A stretch of DNA of 64,000 bases from a virus, in the IMG/VR virus record IMGVR_UViG_3300032307_000705, positions 19,723 to 83,722 of that record. One strand, written 5' to 3'. The position numbers were made by a program, and so were the translations under genes. Under the pieces are notes generated by a model, which saw only the letters and a program-made list of their open reading frames with translations, was not told the DNA's origin and ran no database searches. Positions 60,481 through 64,000 of the stretch are shown one piece after another (within the stretch, counting starts at the first letter, position 1; each line of letters begins with the position of its first letter).

Positions 60481-60894
60481 TTACAATGTCATACCACATT
60501 CCTTAGTCACGGGTTCTAGGACCCATTCTTCCTTTAATACTTCAGGTAAGTCACTTATTTTATTTGTCACGGGTACAAGAACTTGCTCGTCCATAGACTT
60601 TCTCACGTACTTATACTTAGGTCGACAGTCCACCCAATGATTCACTACGGTGTCAGCGGTGATATAATTCACAGAGAACATCAACTCCAATCTGGCGATG
60701 ATTTCCTTTCTCATGTCAAACCAACTATTTTTAGACCTACCGACTCTTCTATCGTCAAACCAATTTCCTTGTGCATCCTTATCAAAGGTCTCTACCACAT
60801 CGCCCAAGTGATTTAACTCCAATAGATAAATCTCAGGGTACATGGAGTCCAAGTACGACATCATCAATCTCTTAAGTTTCAGGGTATTCTTCAT
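60481..60894 (-). CDS. Hypothetical protein, leaderless relative of the MKYIISE family
   Basis: LKRLMMSYLDSM..LELMFSV..VNHWV; TACCTTTG box at 60900-60907 (minus). Confidence 0.65.
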   Translation of the reverse strand: MKNTLKLKRLMMSYLDSMYPEIYLLELNHLGDVVETFDKDAQGNWFDDRRVGRSKNSWFDMRKEIIARLELMFSVNYITADTVVNHWVDCRPKYKYVRKSMDEQVLVPVTNKISDLPEVLKEEWVLEPVTKECGMTL

Positions 60895-60974
60895 AGTTCC
60901 AAAGGTACGAATAATAATCAGATTATCCAACAAGTTCGTTCATTCAAAAGGTGGGGGTTTTATATTTATTAAAG

Positions 60975-62177
60975 ATGAGAGAACTTATTAGACATATTAT
61001 TCGAGAACAAACGAGGGAAGTTATTTTAGAGATGCCAAAAAAATCAACCCAAGATGAATTTATTACGAAAGCTAAGGGAATTCATGGTGATAAATACGAC
61101 TATTCTGAAGTAGAATATAAATCTAATCATGTACCTGTCACTATTATTTGTCCGATTCATGGGTCATTTTCACAAACGCCTGCTTCTCATTTAATGGGAA
61201 GGGGTTGTAAACCATGTGGTTACAAAACCACTACAGAAAAAAATACATTTTGGACTAAAGAGGAAGCATTCAAAGAGGCTTCAAAATATGAAAACCTGAC
61301 TGATTTCCAAAGGTTCTCTGGAGGTGCATATGCTTCAGCAAAAAAAAATGGTTGGGTAGAGGATATTACAAAAAACTACGTAGTAAAAAAAATAGATTGG
61401 ACAATCGATAAATTGAGGGATATTACCTTACAATACGATAATGTCAAAGATTTTAGAAGAGACTATTATAATGCATATCATGCCCTTAGAAGAAAAGGAC
61501 TTCTTTATGACTTCACATCTCATATGGTCAGACCAAATGAATGGTCTGATGAGGATATAGAGAACGAGGCACGTAAATATAAAACAATTCAAGATTTTTG
61601 TAATGCCTCTCCGAATTTGTGTAATTATGCTAGACGCAGGGGATTAATGTCAAAGTTCAAAGAGTTTTTAGATTCTAAACTAACAAATTGGACTGATGAT
61701 ATGTTAAAAAAAGAAGCATTAAAATATCAAACATCTGTGGATTTCGCTCGAGAATCAGGAGGAGCTTATAAAGCAGCAATTAAGAGAGGAATTTATAATC
61801 AAATAACTTCTCATTTCTTAACAAAAGTATCTTCAGGCGAAATACTTATCGAAAACTTATTGGTTAAAAATAAAATCAAATTCTATAAACAACATAAATT
61901 TTTAGATTGTCATAATAGTAGACAAGGAACTGCATGTAAACAATTACCATTCGATTTTTATTTACCAAAATATAATTGTTGTATCGAATATGATGGTGAA
62001 CAACATTTCAAACCTAAAAAATTTTTCGGAGGAGAAGAAGGGTTTTTAAGAAGGCAACAATTAGATAAAATCAAAGACCAATACTGTGAAGAAAACGGAA
62101 TCAAACTTATCCGAATTCCTTACACGATGAAGAAGGAAGATATAGAACCATATATCTTAAGTGAATTAGGAATGTAA
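60975..62177 (+). CDS. Homing-endonuclease-like protein (CPxHG Zn domain, helical repeats, C-terminal Vsr/DUF559-like nuclease) with leader
   Basis: MRELIRHIIREQ; YDYS..ICPIHG..GCKPC; WTxE..EAxKY repeats; LPFDFYLP..IEYDGEQH; TATTTAT at 60963-60969. Confidence 0.8.
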   Translation: MRELIRHIIREQTREVILEMPKKSTQDEFITKAKGIHGDKYDYSEVEYKSNHVPVTIICPIHGSFSQTPASHLMGRGCKPCGYKTTTEKNTFWTKEEAFKEASKYENLTDFQRFSGGAYASAKKNGWVEDITKNYVVKKIDWTIDKLRDITLQYDNVKDFRRDYYNAYHALRRKGLLYDFTSHMVRPNEWSDEDIENEARKYKTIQDFCNASPNLCNYARRRGLMSKFKEFLDSKLTNWTDDMLKKEALKYQTSVDFARESGGAYKAAIKRGIYNQITSHFLTKVSSGEILIENLLVKNKIKFYKQHKFLDCHNSRQGTACKQLPFDFYLPKYNCCIEYDGEQHFKPKKFFGGEEGFLRRQQLDKIKDQYCEENGIKLIRIPYTMKKEDIEPYILSELGM

Positions 62178-62998
62178 TCAGACCCTCACTCAAAAGGTGG
62201 GGGTTTATTTTTAACAGTCCTTAAAGATTATCCAATAAGAGAACTCATTTCGGGACAGACATGATCCACTACACTTCGTTCCGTGGATTGTCCCTCCATT
62301 CATTCTCTCATCGTATAATCTTCCAAATCTTATTTTTTAACACACATTTGGAGAGTTATACCTTATCGGGATAGTTTTTTCAATATTCACGTATAAAGGA
62401 AACTTTACATCCCTAAAGGGTATAATTCCTACATGGGGACAAACTGTCCCCACCTAATAGAGTGTCCCCCGCCAAATGATAGGACATCAAATGACATGGT
62501 GATATTGTGTGAAGGTGAGATGTTAAATAAAACTATCCTATTCGGATAATTTCCGAATTAACATACATTATTTCACATTACAATTCTATGGTGAGATAAC
62601 ATTAAAGATAAGACCTTCGGTAGTAATTAGATGTTATATTCATTAGTCCCACCATCTACGATATGTCGTTGAAGGGGACTATAATCATCCATACGAGGTG
62701 ACCATAATAACCTATGGGATTCGTTGAAGAGGGGATAAAACACTCACTACGTTCGTTCCCCGCGACCTTACACTTACTATTACTTTTTTTGCTAGGTTTT
62801 ACATATAGTAAAAATATGGTCCTCACACTATCGTCAGGGGGGAAAAAGTGGTCATTACACTATAACCAGCCATAAATACACTACTCATGGTGGGGGAAAG
62901 TGGTAGAGTGTGGGGGAACCAAAACCCCCCAAAGGGATTATCCCCCATGTAACGCTCCCCTGACATTATGACAAAGTCAAGTTTTTCCCCCTATTTAT

Positions 62999-63064
62999 TT
63001 ATCCACAAAGGAAAAAGTTTTCCACATGTTGCCCCCTACAGACAGAATGTCAGTATGTGGATAA
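62999..63064. promoter_or_regulatory. Cluster of three DnaA-box-like 9-mers
   Basis: TTATCCACA 62999-63007, TTTTCCACA 63018-63026, TGTGGATAA 63056-63064. Confidence 0.65.
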
Positions 63065-63101
63065 CTTTATTTTTATATGTTCCGATGATATACTTATCAA
63101 C

Positions 63102-63356
63102 ATGACAGATTTTATTTATAAGATGGATAAGATGGAGGATAGGATAAGGTTCATTATCTCCTTCAATGAGCAAGAGGTTGGTTCTCTGTATTTTGAGAAA
63201 GCAAAGAGGGGATTTAACAGGAAACCTATTGGCATGGATGCTTGGGTATGTGTTGACGCCAAGATTGAGAAGTTATACGAAGTGTCTGACTATGAGATAT
63301 TCCCCAAGGAAATTGTGGAGGTATGCCAAAAGATGATTAAGACTGAGTATTTATAA
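63102..63356 (+). CDS. Hypothetical protein
   Basis: Likely start MTDFIYK after TACTTAT variant box. Confidence 0.55.
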   Translation: MTDFIYKMDKMEDRIRFIISFNEQEVGSLYFEKAKRGFNRKPIGMDAWVCVDAKIEKLYEVSDYEIFPKEIVEVCQKMIKTEYL

Positions 63357-63370
63357 TAAACAATATTGAC

Positions 63371-63805
63371 ATGTGGTTACCAACCCCCGAAAAAATTTAT
63401 GACATATATGCTTTCAAGTTGATTAAGAGAGCATTAAAAAAGAAGTTCCCATGGATTAAGGATGTGTTTGTCAGACAGGATGACTTGAATAATTATACAA
63501 CACTTTTTTTGAACTTTGAGTTCGATCCCACCGAATTTTCTAAGGCTTATGGTCATGAGACAAAGGCATGGATTCAGGAGTTGATTGATGCGGGGTATTA
63601 CATTGACTACTCCTACCCCAACCTTATTAACGATATGTCCTATGAGGAATACAAGACAGTCCGTGAAGATATAAGGAGAACAATCAAAGATGTATCTGAG
63701 AACCCCGCCCTTCCTGATGAGTTTAAGTTTGACAAACGTAATATTGAATTGGGGACATGGCATATCAATCGTAAGCCAGGGGAAACTCCTTACATGTCCA
63801 TCTAA
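63371..63805 (+). CDS. Hypothetical protein
   Basis: TATTTATA at 63348-63355. Confidence 0.7.
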   Translation: MWLPTPEKIYDIYAFKLIKRALKKKFPWIKDVFVRQDDLNNYTTLFLNFEFDPTEFSKAYGHETKAWIQELIDAGYYIDYSYPNLINDMSYEEYKTVREDIRRTIKDVSENPALPDEFKFDKRNIELGTWHINRKPGETPYMSI

Positions 63806-64000
63806 ACTTTTTAGGTGTGTCTAAACATTCCCCACATAATACAATAAAAGGTTGGGGGAGTTATAGAAGTATGTTACATAATCTGGATTATGTTAAGTAG
63901 TGCGTACGATTCCAAGATATAATTGTACTGTGTATACAGAACATTCTTTGGTTACCCCTACGTGGTTTTTATTCCTGACTGCATGTCATACCACTTATCC

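Noticed and set aside
1-64000. Stop-codon reassignment as in some large Bacteroidota phages
   Set aside because: Recognisable proteins are intact in code 11 and TAG/TGA end genes at sensible positions
1-64000. Bacterial chromosome origin of the window (sigma, dnaJ, trx, cysC, DnaA boxes)
   Set aside because: Housekeeping-like genes lack their usual operon partners and are mixed with phage replication and structural genes

Overview
AT-rich, gene-dense segment of a large tailed dsDNA phage (jumbo/T4-like gene content: primase, Mre11/Rad50 pair, RuvC-like resolvase, tail-fibre-like proteins, DNA methyltransferases, one tRNA). The host is most likely Bacteroidota: TAnnTTTG promoter boxes precede many genes, and the phage encodes a Bacteroidota-type primary sigma factor, an Hc1-like protein and SprB-like repeats. 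Order: glycosyltransferases and Pro/Thr-rich Cys-rich virion-like proteins (0-11.8 kb); replication/recombination/repair and sigma (11.8-24 kb); lysis-like and head-internal-like genes (24-30 kb); chaperone, methylase, redox and sulfur/nucleotide enzymes (30-48 kb); tRNA-Met and a hyperplastic region of small paralogous genes (48-62 kb); a non-coding DnaA-box region that may be an origin (62.2-63.1 kb). The strongest cross-cutting pattern is a set of unrelated cargo proteins sharing a TATTTAT box just upstream of the start and short amphipathic N-terminal leaders ending in (I/L/V)-x-E, the same site recurring between domains of apparent polyproteins. I infer a protease-cleaved capsid-loading tag system. 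All family names come from motif recognition by eye; no searches were run.
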